Numbered from the stretch's first letter, positions 26,990 through 41,726 are shown. The stretch: DNA of 64,000 nucleotides from Piromyces finnis finn (GCA_002104945.1 MCFH01000010.1:930001-994000), one strand, 5' to 3'. Made by a program: numbers and translations. The notes: generated from the sequence alone by a model not told the origin.

Positions 26990-29900
26990 CTATTGCTATT
27001 GCTATTACTACTACTATTATTATTATTATTATTATTATTATTACTTATAGTGGTAGTAGCAGTAATTGAAGAAGTAGTTTTTAATTTATTCTCCATATTT
27101 TTACTATTACTTGAGTTATTAAGATTATTAATATTTATATTACTTTTATGATTAGGATTATTTTGTATTGTACCATCATTTCCCTTATTTATATTTAAAC
27201 TATTATCATCATTATTATTGCTATTGTTTTTGCTAATAATACTATGATTTTCACTGCTAGTTCTAGAAATAGAATGATTTTCATTATTGTGATTCCTATG
27301 AGTAGAATGAACCTCTTTATTATAATTTAAAGAAGATCTTTCTTTAGAAATATATTTAGTATTATTAGCATTAACTTCATTAGAACTACCTTTATTAGAT
27401 TGAATAGAATCACGACGCTTTATTTCATTATTTGTTTTGCTTGATAAACTAGAATCGCTATGTGCACGATGAACTTCATTTGCTGATTTATTTGATTGAA
27501 TCGAATTACTACGAGAACGGTGAACTTCATTATTTGAATTAATAGAATTAATAGATGAACTATGTGGTAATTTTCTAAATGAGCTTTCGGATGCTGATTT
27601 ATGACTATCTTTATTCATTTTATCAGAATTATTTTTTTCTTTACTCTTATTATCTCTTGTTTCTCTAGATTCTTTAGTATCTCTATTATCTCTACTATCT
27701 TTTGAATCTCTAGAATCTCTAGTATTTCTATTATCTCTATTATCTCTGGCATCTCTTGTATTATCTTTGTTATCTCTATTATCTTTAGGTTCTCTAATAT
27801 CTCTAGAATCTCTATTATCTCTTACTTCTCTATTATCTCTACTATTTTCCATTACATCTCTATTGTCCCTGCTATCTCTACTTTCCCTACTTTCTCTGTT
27901 GTCTCTACTCTCTCTATTGTCTCTACTTTCTCTGTTATCTCTACTTTCTCTACTGTCTCTACTTTCTCTGTTATCTCTACTTTCTCTACTGTCTCTACTT
28001 TCTCTGTTATCTCTACTTTCTCTACTGTCTCTACTTTCTCTGTTATCTCTACTTTCTCTACTGTCCCTACTTTCTCTACTTTCTCTATTGTCTTTACTTT
28101 CTCTGTTGTCTCTACTTTCTCTGTTGTCTCTACTCTCTCTGTTGTCTCTACTTTCTCTGTTGTCTCTACTCTCTCTGTTATCTCTACTTTCTCTATTGTC
28201 TTTACTTTCTCTGTTGTCTCTACTTTCTCTGTTGTCTCTACTTTCTCTGTTGTCTCTACTTTCTCTGTTGTCTCTATTTTCTCTGTTGTCTCTACTTTCT
28301 CTGTTGTCTCTACTCTCTCTGTTGTCTCTACTTTCTCTGTTGTCTCTATTCTCTCTGTTGTCTCTACTTTCTCTGTTGTCTCTACTTTCTCTGTTGTCTC
28401 TACTTTCTCTGTTGTCTCTACTTTCTCTGTTGTCTCTACTTTCTCTGTTGTCTCTACTTTCTCTGTTGTCTCTACTTTCTCTGTTGTCTCTACTCTCTCT
28501 GTTGTCTCTACTTTCTCTATTGTCTCTACTTTCTCTATTGTCTCTACTTTCTCTATTGTCTCTACTTTCTCTATTGTCTCTACTTTCTCTGTTGTCTCTA
28601 CTTTCTCTGTTGTCTCTACTTTCTCTGTTGTCTCTACTTTCTCTATTGTCTCTACTTTCTCTGTTGTCTCTACTTTCTCTGTTGTCTCTACTTTCTCTGT
28701 TGTCTCTACTTTCTCTATTGTCTCTACTTTCTCTGTTGTCTTTACTTTCTCTTAATTTTTCCTTTTCCCTTTCTTTATCTCTTTCACTTAATTTTTGACT
28801 ATTACTACGTTCCCATTCTCTATCATTTCTACTATTACGATATTCACGACTTCTTTCACTTCTTTCTCTTTCTTTATCTCTATATTCGCTTCTCTGATCA
28901 CGATTATCCTTTTCATGATCAATCATTTTTACATCCTTATCAATATCCATTTTATCTTTGCTAGACGACTTTTGTTCATTAGTTGAATGAGTATCAGATG
29001 CCATACGTTGATGTCTTTGAGAAATACGAGATGATGATCTTTTATCAGAACGAATATCTCGATTATTAACTTCTTTATTATTTGATTCTTTTGAATCACT
29101 ACTTTTATTATCTCTGGTATCTCTATCTCTTTCTCTGTCACGATCTCTCTCTTTTTCACGTTCTTTTTCCTTTTCACGTTCTTTTTCTTTTTCTCTTTCC
29201 CTATCTTTATCTTTCTCTCTTTCTCTATCTCTCTCTTTATCTCTTTCTTTATCTTTTTCACGTTCTCTATCTTTGTCTCTTTCTCTCTCGCGTTCTTTAT
29301 CTCTGTCTCTATCTCTTTCACGATCTCTTTCACGATCTCTATCTTTTGAGTCCCGTTTGGAATCATTACTATCGGACTTATAATGACTAGAAGGAGTATT
29401 AGATCTTTCTTTGCTTGATTTTTCTCTTTCTTTTTCCCTTTCTCTATCTCTGTCTCTATCCCTGTCTCTATCCCTGTCTCTTTCCCTGTCTCTTTCTCTG
29501 TCTCTATCTCTTTCTCTTTCTCTATCTCTTTCACGATCTCTATCTCTATCTCTTTCTCTATCTCTATCTCTTTCACGATCTCTATCTCTATCTCTTTCTC
29601 TTTCTCTTTCTCTATCTCTTTCATGGGAATGAGTAGATGCTGTTCTTGAACTTTTTAATAAATGAGGATCAACATTGAATTTTTCTGATGGTATCCAAGA
29701 TGATTTCTTTATACTTAATTTTCCAGAATACTGTTTCGCTATTAATTTTAAATCTTCACGTTCTTCATTTTTAACAACATTATTAACATTTTTTTCTATG
29801 CTTACACCGACTTTACTTATAATTGGGAAATAGTCGATAATTATATTTAAAATAATAATAGAATTTCTTATATTCATATATTCAGTAGATTCTAGACACG

Positions 29901-32900
29901 TTTTGAAAGCTTTATGGCATTTAAGATGCCATTTATATACTACCTTTCTATAATCCTCAAATTGCAACAATTCGCTTTCATTAACTTTTGTTTCAGCATT
30001 TTTTACAGGTCCAGCTGTCCATTTCTTTCTAAACCCTGGTAAATTATCACCTTGAGCTTCTTTATCATATAACTTTTGATCATTATACCAATGGTATATA
30101 ATTTTTAATATTTCCTTTAAAAACTTACCATAATGATAAGCTTCATTTTCTGTACATGAAGAAATAATATTTGTAATATCTGTTACATTCATTATCCGAT
30201 CAAATAATGTTAAACTTGAAAAGTTCTCTGTACCAAGTTTATGCATTAATTTTATAAATTCTGAACAATAAAGTGAATCAACATTTGAAAAAAGACATCT
30301 TGGATAGAGACAATATTGTATTAAGTAAGAAATTATATTATAAATATTTGTACAATTTGCAAACCAATAATTTTTTTCCTTTTTTAGACGAGCTAATATT
30401 TTTTTATTATTTTCATTTTGAATATTCAACTCATTCTCTAAACGTGTAATTGCTTCATTACTACGTTCTCTTTCTTTTTTACGTTTACTAGTATTACTAC
30501 TTTCATCTTTATCATTTTCAATATCATAAATTGCTTGTTTTTCTTTTTTAATTTGATCATGATATCTTGATTGTGGAATATAAATATCATATAATGATAG
30601 CTGCCAAAAAGTAACATAGAATTGTGGACTTATAATTGTGAAATTAAAATTAAAATAATTATTAATTAAATTTAATATTACTAAATTGAATTGTTTTTAT
30701 AAATATAAATAATTACAAACCTTATACCCTCCCATACATTATTTGGCAAAATAGATGTGACATCTTCAATAGTTGAAAGTAAACCTTTATTCCAAATATT
30801 TAAAGTTTCATTTCCGTCATTTGATGTTTCTATAACTTTTGTATCTATTTCCATATTATTAGAATTTATTTCTGATTTTTCACTTTTATCATTTGTATTT
30901 GATCCAGAGCTACCCATTAACAAGCTCGTTGATTCTCTTTGTTCCTTTCTTATTAAGTAATTAAGTTTTGGTCTAATGATATAAAATGCTGTTTCTGGGT
31001 CAATATAATAATTATTACATAATTCTTTAATAGATGGAATATTTTTTGAGTAGTTATGTTTATCTACATTAGCCATAAGAAATTCTGCAAATTGCATCAT
31101 AGTATCACTTGTTTGATCAAACATATTACCAATTAATTTAAGATGAGCCAACGATGTATTATATACACATATACTTCTTTGTTGACATAATGAAAGTAAA
31201 AGTGGTGTAATCAAATTATAATCAGATAAAGCACGGATTAATCTATTACTACTTTTTTTTGTATTTTTGAGATGTTCAGAATTATATGCTTCTCTTTTTA
31301 AGGTTTCTCCACCAGCTAAAGCATCTAATTGACTATCACTTAAATTTTCTGTAATTTCAATACCACTCATTTTATGAATTAATTCTTTTAAAATAACTAA
31401 ATCAATTACATTATCGCATTGTAATTGATAAATAATATATCTTAATAAACCTGAAAGTTCCATATTTGCATACTTTTTATATACTGTTCCAATAAATGTA
31501 GCCAAGTTACTTAACCATTGAGCTAAACTTGTACCATCTTCTTTAATTCTATTTCTCATTGATGATGCTAATCTTTCAATTAAAACAAAACTAAGAATAT
31601 CAAATTCTAAATGTGTTAAATATTTACAACCGTCAACTAATGGATTTGTCATATTTTCATAACCTTCAATCATTTCCAACATTTTGTCAAATGCTATTAC
31701 AGGATTAGAATGTACTAATTTACCAAACATTCTACCTATTTGTTTTGTATTATCTTTTGATAATCGTCTTTATTTTTTTAAATTTATATATATGTAAATA
31801 TTTAATAATAAAAGTTGTTATTATTTTATTTAGTTTATTACTGAATTTATTATTTTTGTCATCTTTCTTTATATTACCTCATCAATCTTCTAATTTCCAG
31901 TAATGATGCTTTTTTTATAATAACTAATTCTGGGTTAACATTATAACTTTTATTTTTCCAATTGGAATATAAGCTATATCTTGTTTGAAAAGGAAATTGC
32001 TTTATCAAACTCCAAAGTTCCATTACAAATCCAGGATTTGAATATAATAATGAAACACTTGGTAAGAAATATACTGATATAATTGTTAACCACATATTAC
32101 AATATTCATCAGATACGTTTTTCTTTATATAAAAATTGAAAAAGTATTTAGTAAATAATTTGCATTTTTTATTATATCAAATAATTATTTTTATAATAAT
32201 TTTATAACTACCTCTTTTATATGAGCTCTAGCTAATCTAACAAGTTTAGTTAACACTTTTAATTCTTTATGAATTTGAATACCAACATATTTTAAGAAAT
32301 TTGGGATTATATTTAATAAATCCTCAAAAGTATTACAAAGAGGAATTTCATCTTTCCAATCATGATAGAAAAACATGTATCTTGAAACACGACAACTTTT
32401 CTTTCTTGGAGTAACTAAATTAGCTTCATATAATGGATTACATACTTCAAATCGATGAGTTAATATTGGCGCTGGATCTAATGGTAATTCAACATCCGGA
32501 ACTTTCATAACTCTTCTATAAAGTGGATCAATTGAAACAAGAATTATTCTTCCAATTAAATGTGTTATTTCTTTATACATTATACCTAAATTTGGTGATA
32601 TATCTAATATAATTTTCGAGTTTTTTAAATCACCTATAGATAATAACCCTGCCAAAAGACCAGCTTTTTGATTTGTTTTAACTATTTTTTTCTTCTAAAA
32701 CATTTAATAATATATATATTTCAATAATTTCTCTAAAAATGTTAAAAATGAATAAATATCATTATACCTCTTCTTTTTTCTCACTTTCTTTATCTTCTCT
32801 TTCTTTACTCTCATCCTTACTTCTTCTATGATCTGAAGGAACTGTATCATCTGATAATGAGCCCGCACTCTATTAAAATATTTATTTTAATATTTATTTT

Positions 32901-34406
32901 TTTATTATAATTGTTAAAAATCTACTAAATTTTTCAAATAAAAATTATAAATTGATTAATTATACCAATAATGGGTTTGGCTCATTATCTCTTTCAGTAT
33001 TTTTTTTAACTTCTTTTAAATATAATTTATATTCTTCATCCATTGAATCATTTTCAGGTGTTAAATGTGGATATAAATCGTTGAGATTAACTAAATGATT
33101 TTTAATTAATAAAGCTGCAACTAAGTATAACTTAAATGGATCATTGTTGTCATTATCTGATGATTCAGAATCTTGATAATAAGTAAATTTTTTCCCTAAT
33201 ATTTGACCATTTGATGTTCTTCCCCTTAGTTCATCTAGTATTGTTGATTTGCTATCATCATCTATATTCATTTTATCTTTATTATTAATATCATTACTAC
33301 AATCAATACTTTTCCATGGACTTGCTTTTAATAAATATATAAAAAATTTATAATAATTTACTACATTAACAATAAAAATATCAAATATTATATCTAAAAC
33401 ACGATTTGGATCCAATGCAAAATAACCTATTAAACTCTTTATATTAGTTAATACCAAATTTACTCTCTCATTTAAAGTCTTTTCATGCTTATCAATTTCT
33501 TCCTTTGATAATCCAAAAGGATGATATGAATACATATTAATTGTTATTTCTGTTATCAATTTAGCATACCCTTCTGATTCTTCTCTCAACAAATTAAACT
33601 TTGTCTGCTTATATAATAATGAAGTATTAATTCTTGCAGATTTTTTCGTAAACAATTTTGATGAATTAATAAGTCCTATGGCTTCTAACATTTCAACTTC
33701 AAATCTTTCCTTCATTAATCCTGCAGGAATGAAATTTTTACTCTTTTTTAAATAAAAAAAAAAAATAAAATTATAATTTTAAATATTAATACATAAATAG
33801 TAGTAAAGAAGTTTATCTATTTATCTATTTATACATAAAATATATAAATATTTTAAATTTATTTAAACATTAAAATAAATGTGTTATATATTATTAAGAA
33901 AAAAAAAATACCAATAATTCTTTAGCCAAAACAACAATCTTTGATTTTTGTTCTGTTTTAATTTTTACATTTTCTACTTGATCATTCAGATTTGAATGAA
34001 TACCTTCTATTTCCTGATCTATTAACCATATCCAATCTACAATTAATAAAGGAAGGAAAAGTGGATCTTTACTATCAGTTGGATTCATAAAAGCATATCC
34101 TGATGTTTTTATATTAAATAATTCAATTCCTAATGCTTGAACTAATTCAATATATAAAGTATGAAAGAAAACACTAACTTCATTCGCTGTTATAAATTCA
34201 TTTATATATGATTTTATAATGTTTCTAATGCATACCTTTACAGGTATGAGATCTTTTGAAGTGGATTGTGTTTCTCCTTTACATTTTATTATATAGTTTT
34301 TTAATAATAACTTATAATTATTTTGTTCAGTTTTCCAATTTTTAAATATTTTTTGATAATCTACACTTTTTGTATTATTGTTTGTATTATATGATTTATT
34401 ATCCAT
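25982..34406 (-). CDS. THO2: THO complex subunit 2 (Tho2/THOC2), ~2560 aa, 8 exons
   Basis: Exons 34406-33912, 33742-32966, 32869-32768, 32694-32212, 32122-31878, 31767-30721, 30628-26129 and probable 26024-25982; total length is a multiple of 3. Motifs: LMKERFEVEMLEAIGL, LYKQTKFNLLREESEGYAKL, FALDPNRVLDII, NQKAGLLAGLLSIGD, RRLSKDNTKQIGRMFGKLVHSNP, SPQFYVTFWQLSLYDIYIP, QYCLYPRCLFSNVDSLYC, CTENEAYHYGKFL, EYMNIRNSIIIL. Confidence 0.96.
26880..27046. repeat. (ATT)n/(ACT)n coding trinucleotide tract encoding poly-Asn/poly-Ser in THO2
   Basis: Long ATT run read directly; poly-N in the minus-strand translation. Confidence 0.95.
27860..28752. repeat. 18-bp coding minisatellite (~50 units) encoding RESRDN in THO2
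   Basis: Unit TCTACTTTCTCTGTTGTC (+ strand) repeated in tandem, with synonymous and RENRDN/RESKDN/RESRDS variants. Degenerate copies continue to ~27660. Confidence 0.97.
29130..29635. repeat. (RD/RE/KE)n dipeptide-encoding low-complexity tracts in THO2
   Basis: Two TCTCTA/TCTTTC-rich blocks translating to ERERDRDRERDRD and REREKDKEREKEK. Confidence 0.9.
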
Positions 34407-35599
34407 ATTTTTATTTATATTTGAAATTTCAAAATATGGCAAATTATAAAACTTTTTTCATATACTAATGTTATTATAAATTATAAAATAAATTTTTGTT
34501 TTAGATATTAAAATATAAATTATTATTACTTATACTATTACTATAAATTTTAAATTAATTTATATATTTTTATTTAGTATCAATAAAAAATTTGAAATAT
34601 TATATGGTAATATGGGTATAAAGAATATTTATATAAATAAAATATTTCAAGTTTTTTAATATTATCTAATAAAATCTAATAAAATATTAAATTTAGTTGA
34701 ATAATATCAATAAATATATATATATATGTTTTTATAATTGAATAAGTTTTTGTTTAAGAAAGTTTTAAAAAAATGCAATTATTTTAATTATATTGAATTT
34801 TTAAAACTACTTTAAAAATAAAATACTTTTTTTAATGTAAATTTTATAACAAAAATTAAAGGAAAAAATATACATATATAAAAATTTTATTATTTTTTAA
34901 AATTTATATTAAACTTTAATATTTAATATTATAAATACATAATATTCAATCTAAAAATTAAGTTAAATATCATATATTTAAACAAGCAATAATAAAATGT
35001 ATAATAAAAAAGTACATTTATTTTTTATTTATAATGAAATTAGCTAGTTTACGTTCTTATTAATAAAATGTTTCTATTAAATGATGTAATTAAGACTACT
35101 TGACATATATTTTATTTAAAATTTTTAGAATGAAATTAAATAAATAAGAATTTATATTTTTTTCTATTTATTTATTGTTATATCCTATTCATTTATTTCA
35201 ATGTATATTATTAGATTTTTATATCGATTATAAAAAAATGATTGGTCAGAATAATAATTTTAATTTTTTTTTTAAAAAAATAATTTTCAATATTTTTCAA
35301 TTTTTTTTGAAATTTAATTTATAGTTAGTTAAATGATATTATACTAATATTAACTAAAAATCGAAGTCATTGCATTCAATCAAGATCTTTTTTTTTTTTT
35401 TTGAAAATACTGAAATTTTAATATAATATCAATTAAATTTAACTATTTTATTTAGTTTAGTTCAATTATAAATTTGATTGAATTAATACTTAATATCATT
35501 ATTAAGATATTCATTTACTTTAATTCATACTATCCCTTATATAACTTACATATAATATACAATTTAAACATATAATATATATATAAATTTTAAACTAAA

Positions 35600-38500
35600 T
35601 GGCTGATTCAGAAGACTTTCAAAAAATAGTTTTAAAAACAAAGTAAAAAATCTTTTTTTTTTAATTATTATAATTTTTTTTATTAGTAGTAGTAGTATTC
35701 AATTATATTTTAATAAAATAAGCAATAAATAGGCAAATTTTAGTTAATAGCAATTCATTATTGAAAATCTATATGAATTTTACCGTTATTAACAACTACA
35801 TACATAATATAATTTATTTAGCTTTATTCCTTCAAAAGTTATTGAAACTATTTATACTGGTGGTAAAATTCAAATTACTAGTGATGAAAAATATTTAATT
35901 ACTTCACTTGGTGAAGATGTCAATGTGATAGATCTTGAAACTAATGATGTTGTTCATCAACTTGAAGGAGTATGTTCTATATTTTATTAGAAAGTATAAA
36001 GTAAAAACTACAATAGAATATGCAATTTAAATTAATATTTATTGATTTAATAATTTTAAAAATTCACATTTCAAATTAAATTTCATTTATCAAGAATGCT
36101 GATACTGTAAGTTGTTTTTGTGTTAGACCTGATAACAAAGGCTTAGTCAGTGCTCACAGAAGTTTATTGTTAAAATATTGGGATCTTGAGACTGGATTAA
36201 TTGTTAGAAGTTGGAAGGTAAGTTGATTAAATTAATATCATAAATTTCTAAATATTTCATTTACTAATTATTAATAAATTTTATTTAAAAATTATTTTAA
36301 ATCAAAATAGGCTCATGAAGCACCAGTTATTGCAATGGATTTTGATCCTACCTCAACATTAGTTGCAACTGGTTCAGCTGATAGCACTATTAAGATTTGG
36401 GATGTTGAGAAGGGTTATTGTACCCACAATTTTAGAGGTCATTCTGGTGTAATTAGTGCATTAAAATTCCATTTCATGCCAGATAAACTAGAACTTTACT
36501 CAGGTAGTGATGATTGTCAAATAAGAATTTGGGATTTACGTAAAAAAATGTAAGTTAAAAATTAGAGACAATGCTTTTAGTAAAAAAGTAGAACAAATTT
36601 AAATATTCTAATTATTATGTAATATAATAATATATAATATAATAGGTGTGTTGCCGCACTAGATACACATGTTAGTGTAATTCGTGGTTTGGATGTCACT
36701 AAAGATGGAAAATATCTTATATCAGGTGCTAGAGATAAGATTGTTAGTATTACTGATTTATCAAATTACAAACCAGTTAGAAGTTTCCCAGTTTTTGAAG
36801 TAAGCAAAATGATAAAAAAATTTTAAATATAAAAACAAAATAATTAATTAAATTATAATTATTAATAAAAATATGTTTCAAAATATTGAAATGTTATTAA
36901 AAGACCGTTGAAGCAATCGGTATTGTTGATGAAAAGTATATTCCTTTAGATAAAAGAACAAAAGATGGTGTCTATTTTTACACCGGTGGTGAAAAGGGTA
37001 TTATAAGAATTTGGAACTTTAGTAATGGACAATGTATAAGAACACAAAAAGAAGGTGAAAATGGAACTAATAATCAAATTAATGATATTATGTAAGTAAT
37101 ATAATGTTTAAAAATAATTACAAGTAGTAATGTAATTTATATCTAATAACAATAATAATATTTTTTATATATTGTTTTAAATGTTATTAATTTTATGATT
37201 TTATTTTAAAGGTACTGTAAGAATAGTGATCAAATTGTTGCTGTCACATCAGATCAAAATATATTATTCTATAATATAAACAACTTTAATAGAACCAGAC
37301 AAATTATTGGTTATAATGATGAAATTATTGGCTTAACAACATTAGGTGAAAATGAACAATACTTAGCAGTTGCTTCAAATAGTGAACAAGTAAATTTAAT
37401 TATTTGAATAGTTTTATAATGAATTTATATATAAATATAAATATGTTATTAAATTTTATTTATATTAATAATTTCATTTAATAAATAATAGGTTCGTATA
37501 TATAACTTGGATAATTTAGATAGTGATATTTTACTTGGACATGAAAGTATTGTTATTTGTATTGATAGATCATATGATGGTAAATGGTTAGTTACTGGTT
37601 CAAAGGATAGTAATGTATTCTTATGGGATATAGATATGGAAAAACCACATAACGAAAGGTATATATATTAAATAAAAGAATAATATTTTAAACTTTTATT
37701 AATAATAAATATTTATTATTTTTGTTTATTTATAATAAATATTATCTTTTATAAATAGATACAAATTATTGGCTGAATGTGTTGGTCACACAGAAGCTAT
37801 TAGTGCTGTAGCTCTTTCAAGAAAGAGAAATCAATTTATTTTAACGGGAAGTCAAGATAGAACGATTAAGTGTTGGGATATTACTAAATTAAGTATGTAA
37901 TCAATAAAATAAGACATATCATATAGATAATTCATATAATAGTAATAATATATTTTAAATAAAAAAATTAGAAAAAAACGGTGAAGAAGTTACTAGATTA
38001 ACATCCGTTTACACTCTTACTGCCCATGAAAAAGATATTAATTCTATTGATGTTGCTCCAAATGATAAATTGTTTGCTAGTGGTTCACAAGATAAGACTG
38101 CGAAAGTAAGCTTTTATTACTAATAATAAACTTTAAATTGATTTTTAAAAAATATTAATTTCAGTATTTATAACATATTATTTTTAATAAAAAAATTTAA
38201 TAAAAAAAGATTTGGTCAACAGCCGATGGTTCATTATTGTCAACTTTAAGAGGTCATAGACGTGGTATTTGGTGCGTAAAATTTTCACCAGTAGATCAAG
38301 TTTTAGCTACAAGTTCCAGTGATAAAACTATCAAGATTTGGTCTTTAATCGACTCTTCATGTTTAAAGACATTTGAAGGTCACACAAATTCTGTATTACA
38401 AGTTTCATTCTTAACTAGTGGTATGCAATTAATTTCTTCTGGTTCAGATGGTTTAGTTAAACTTTGGACAATCAAAACTAATTCATGTGAAAATACTTTT

Positions 38501-39400
38501 GATAATCATGATGATAAGGTTTGGGCATTAGTACCAAAGAAAGATGAAAAATATGTTATTACTGGAGGTGCAGATTCTAAAATCAATATATGGGAAGATT
38601 ATACTAAACAAGAAATAGAAGAAAAACAAAAAGCTAATGAAGAATTGATTTTAAAGTAAATATAATCTTTGTAAATATAATCCTTAAAAATAACACTCTT
38701 TCAAATAGATATTACATTTATTTATCATTTATTTTATATATAATAAATAATTTTAAAATATAAGGGAACAAGATTTATCAAACTTTATTATGAAAAAGGA
38801 TTATAAGAATGCTATAATATTATCTATGGAATTAGATCAACCATATAGATTAATGAAATTATTCAGTGAAGTATTATATCAAAAGAAAGATCCAGACAGT
38901 GTATTAGGTTTAGAAGCTGTGGATGACGTTATTTTCAATTTAAGCAATGAACAAGTAAATATTAATCAAATATATAATTAATTATTTTTAATAATTTACT
39001 TATTATAATATCTTTATATTTTTTAAAAATAAAGTTGGAAAAATTATTATTATATGTTCGTGATTGGAACACTAACTCCAAGCATTCAACCATTGCACAA
39101 ACTGTTCTTAATGCTATATTGGGTTATTATGATCAAGAAACATTATTAAAATTGCCAAAACTTAACGAAGTAATTAATCTATAATATTTTAATTTATTTA
39201 TATATAAAATTCTTTACATTTAAATTAATAAAATGTTATCTTTCATTTTCTTTCACCAATAGATTTTAGATTCACTCCTTCCATATACAGAACGTCATTA
39301 TAAGCATTCAGAACAATTAATGATTGATAGTAATATTATTGATTACACCTTACATTCAATGGATTTACTTTCCAGTTTAGATTTAGATACCAATAACTAA
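35600..39400 (+). CDS. UTP13: U3 snoRNA-associated protein Utp13 (TBL3), multi-exon WD40 protein
   Basis: ATG at 35600. Spliced translation includes [131 protein letters not shown] and the Utp12/13 C-terminal [33 protein letters not shown]. Stop at 39398-39400. Confidence 0.96.
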
Positions 39401-39769
39401 AATATTCATAAAAATTATACATACTCAAAAAAAAACATATCTATAGTATAGTTTTATTATTCTCATTTTAACTTAAAAAAAAAAAAAAAAAAAAAAAATA
39501 TTAAAGTTTTTTATTAAATTATCTAATTGTTATTTAATCTATAATATAAAGTATTTAATTTATAATAGAATAATTATAAAAAAAATTTTCAAATAAAGTC
39601 TTTTTTAATAAAATAGATTTATATTTTTTATATATTGAAAAAACATAAAAATTTTTATCGAAATTATTCTTATTATTTATTTTTTTATTAATTTATATTT
39701 TTTTAAATTTTTATTTTTATTTTTTTTTTTTATTATTATTATATTTATTATTTATTATATTTATTTATT

Positions 39770-39811
39770 AGATTGATTGATTTATTGATTTATTTATTGA
39801 TTTATTAATTT

Positions 39812-39842
<31 letters not shown>

Positions 39843-39845
39843 TTT
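39770..39845. repeat. (TTTA/TTGA)n microsatellite between convergent genes
   Basis: Tetranucleotide tract read directly. Confidence 0.8.
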
Positions 39846-40079
39846 TTTTTCTTTTTTAAAATTTTATATTATTGTATTTAATAGTTTACTACGATATAAT
39901 TAATTTATTTCAACATTTTAACAATACTGTATTTAAATATTATATAAAAATTATATACAAAGTTATTTTTTTCTTAGCAAATAAACATTTTTTAACAAAT
40001 TAATTATAATTAATTGAATGTATTATAAATTCTTTTTTTTATTTGATTGCATTATATTTCCATTTATAGTACATAGTAC

Positions 40080-41694
40080 TTAATTATTACTTGAATAAAC
40101 ATAAGATTCGGAATTCTCCTTGCTTCCTCCAAAGTCTGCAAATTTATCTGTAACATAAAATTCTAACAAACAATTTAATGGGAAGAAACCATCTTTTCCT
40201 GATCTAAGATTAACACCAGTGGCCCATCCATCATCAAACATTTTTGTAATATCAACTAAATCATTTGTTTGCAATTCTAATTCATCATCCATTGATTTTT
40301 CAAATGGATAAATTGCTTTGCAGTACTTTGAATCTAACTCTTTTGTATTATAGACTTTTTCATTTGGTGTTAAATTAGTAAGATTTTCATTATTAATAAT
40401 ACTTTTTCTCTTAGCTGAACCTGAACTTTGAACTGTTCCAGATGGGGAACCAAGACTATAATCATCTGAAAATATTGAAGAGCGGTCTTTCTTCTTTCCT
40501 TGGTCTTTTGTAGTAGATGTTTTAATATTAGATGTAGCCGCTGTAGCTTCAACAGTATTTTTAATATTTGATGGGTTTAAATAATTATCAAATGGAGATG
40601 GAGAATTATCAATCGGAACTGGATTTGATACATTACTTGTTATATTATTATTATACATTGATGTACCAGCTACGATATTTTGTTCATTTACATTATTATT
40701 ATTTTCAACCTTATCATTAATATATTGATCATTGTAATAACCATCAACGGAATAATCATAATTAAAATTATTACCATTATAATCCATTAAACCTAAATTT
40801 TGATAACTATTTTCTTTTGAACTTAAGCTATTCTTACTAAGAGCACTATCACTATTTTGATGTGTAATCTTAGCGGTAGCACCATTAACAGTTTGAGCAA
40901 CTTTAAAATCTTCAAGCTCTAATTTGTTATCTACAATTTCATTAATATAATCTTTTTCGGATTTCTTTTCGGAATACCTATCTTCTCCACAAATCTCATT
41001 ACTTCTTTTAATACTCTGTTTTAATTGAAGTAATTCATCAACAGCATTTTGATAGAAACTAAGCTCACTATCAATTAAATTAACAAATTGTTGTGTACGT
41101 TCTGCCTCTTTTCTATTGGAAGTTAAATCAGCCATTTTTTCTGCAAGAGTTGTTAAAGATTGTTGATAATTTTTATATAACAATTCAACCTTTGATTTTT
41201 GTTCTTGGCTTACTGGTTGGTTTTGCTTCTTTAGCTTATTTTGATATGAAACAAAATTTTTAGCATTCTTGGCATATAGATTTTTTGAAGTCTATTATAA
41301 TAAAGAATTAAATATTTAGAGAAAAATATACAAATTATTATTTAAAAATATATAATTAAGAATTATATTGTTATTATTATCATATTTATATTAAAAACTT
41401 TTATATTTAAAAAGAAAAGAAATATCTACTTGATATTTTTTAAAATCATCTAATGATTCATTTAAATATTGTATGTATTTATTAAGTGCTTCAGCCTAAA
41501 ATATATAATTACAAAGATAATTACAAATATTAGAACATAATGAGGAAAAAAAAAAGTAAATTATGTTAAAAAAGAAAATAAATCTTGATTTTTACCATAT
41601 CTTTTTGTTTTTCGTACATATGTCTGTGAGCATCACTGTAATCATTATATACTCTACCTTTATATTTTTATATATGTTATTATTATTATTATTA

Positions 41695-41726
<32 letters not shown>

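Noticed and set aside
26837-27151. Poly-Leu ORF on +, and similar short antisense ORFs at 29082-29636, 21023-21451, 18963-19238, 11050-11574, 50440-51024 and 56737-57291
   Set aside because: Antisense or alternate-frame shadows of low-complexity coding regions of recognised genes.
27767-28798. 343-aa (SLL)n ORF on the + strand
   Set aside because: Antisense shadow of the RESRDN repeat in THO2; the repeat unit simply lacks stops in that frame.
28929-29624. 231-aa KEIEIE-rich alternate-frame ORF on the minus strand
   Set aside because: Frame-shifted reading of the THO2 RD/RE tract; no independent evidence.
35270-35320. RRPE-like (AAAATTTTTCA) sequences upstream of UTP13
   Set aside because: Only imperfect matches, and such A/T strings are expected by chance in ~90% AT DNA; no PAC motif seen.
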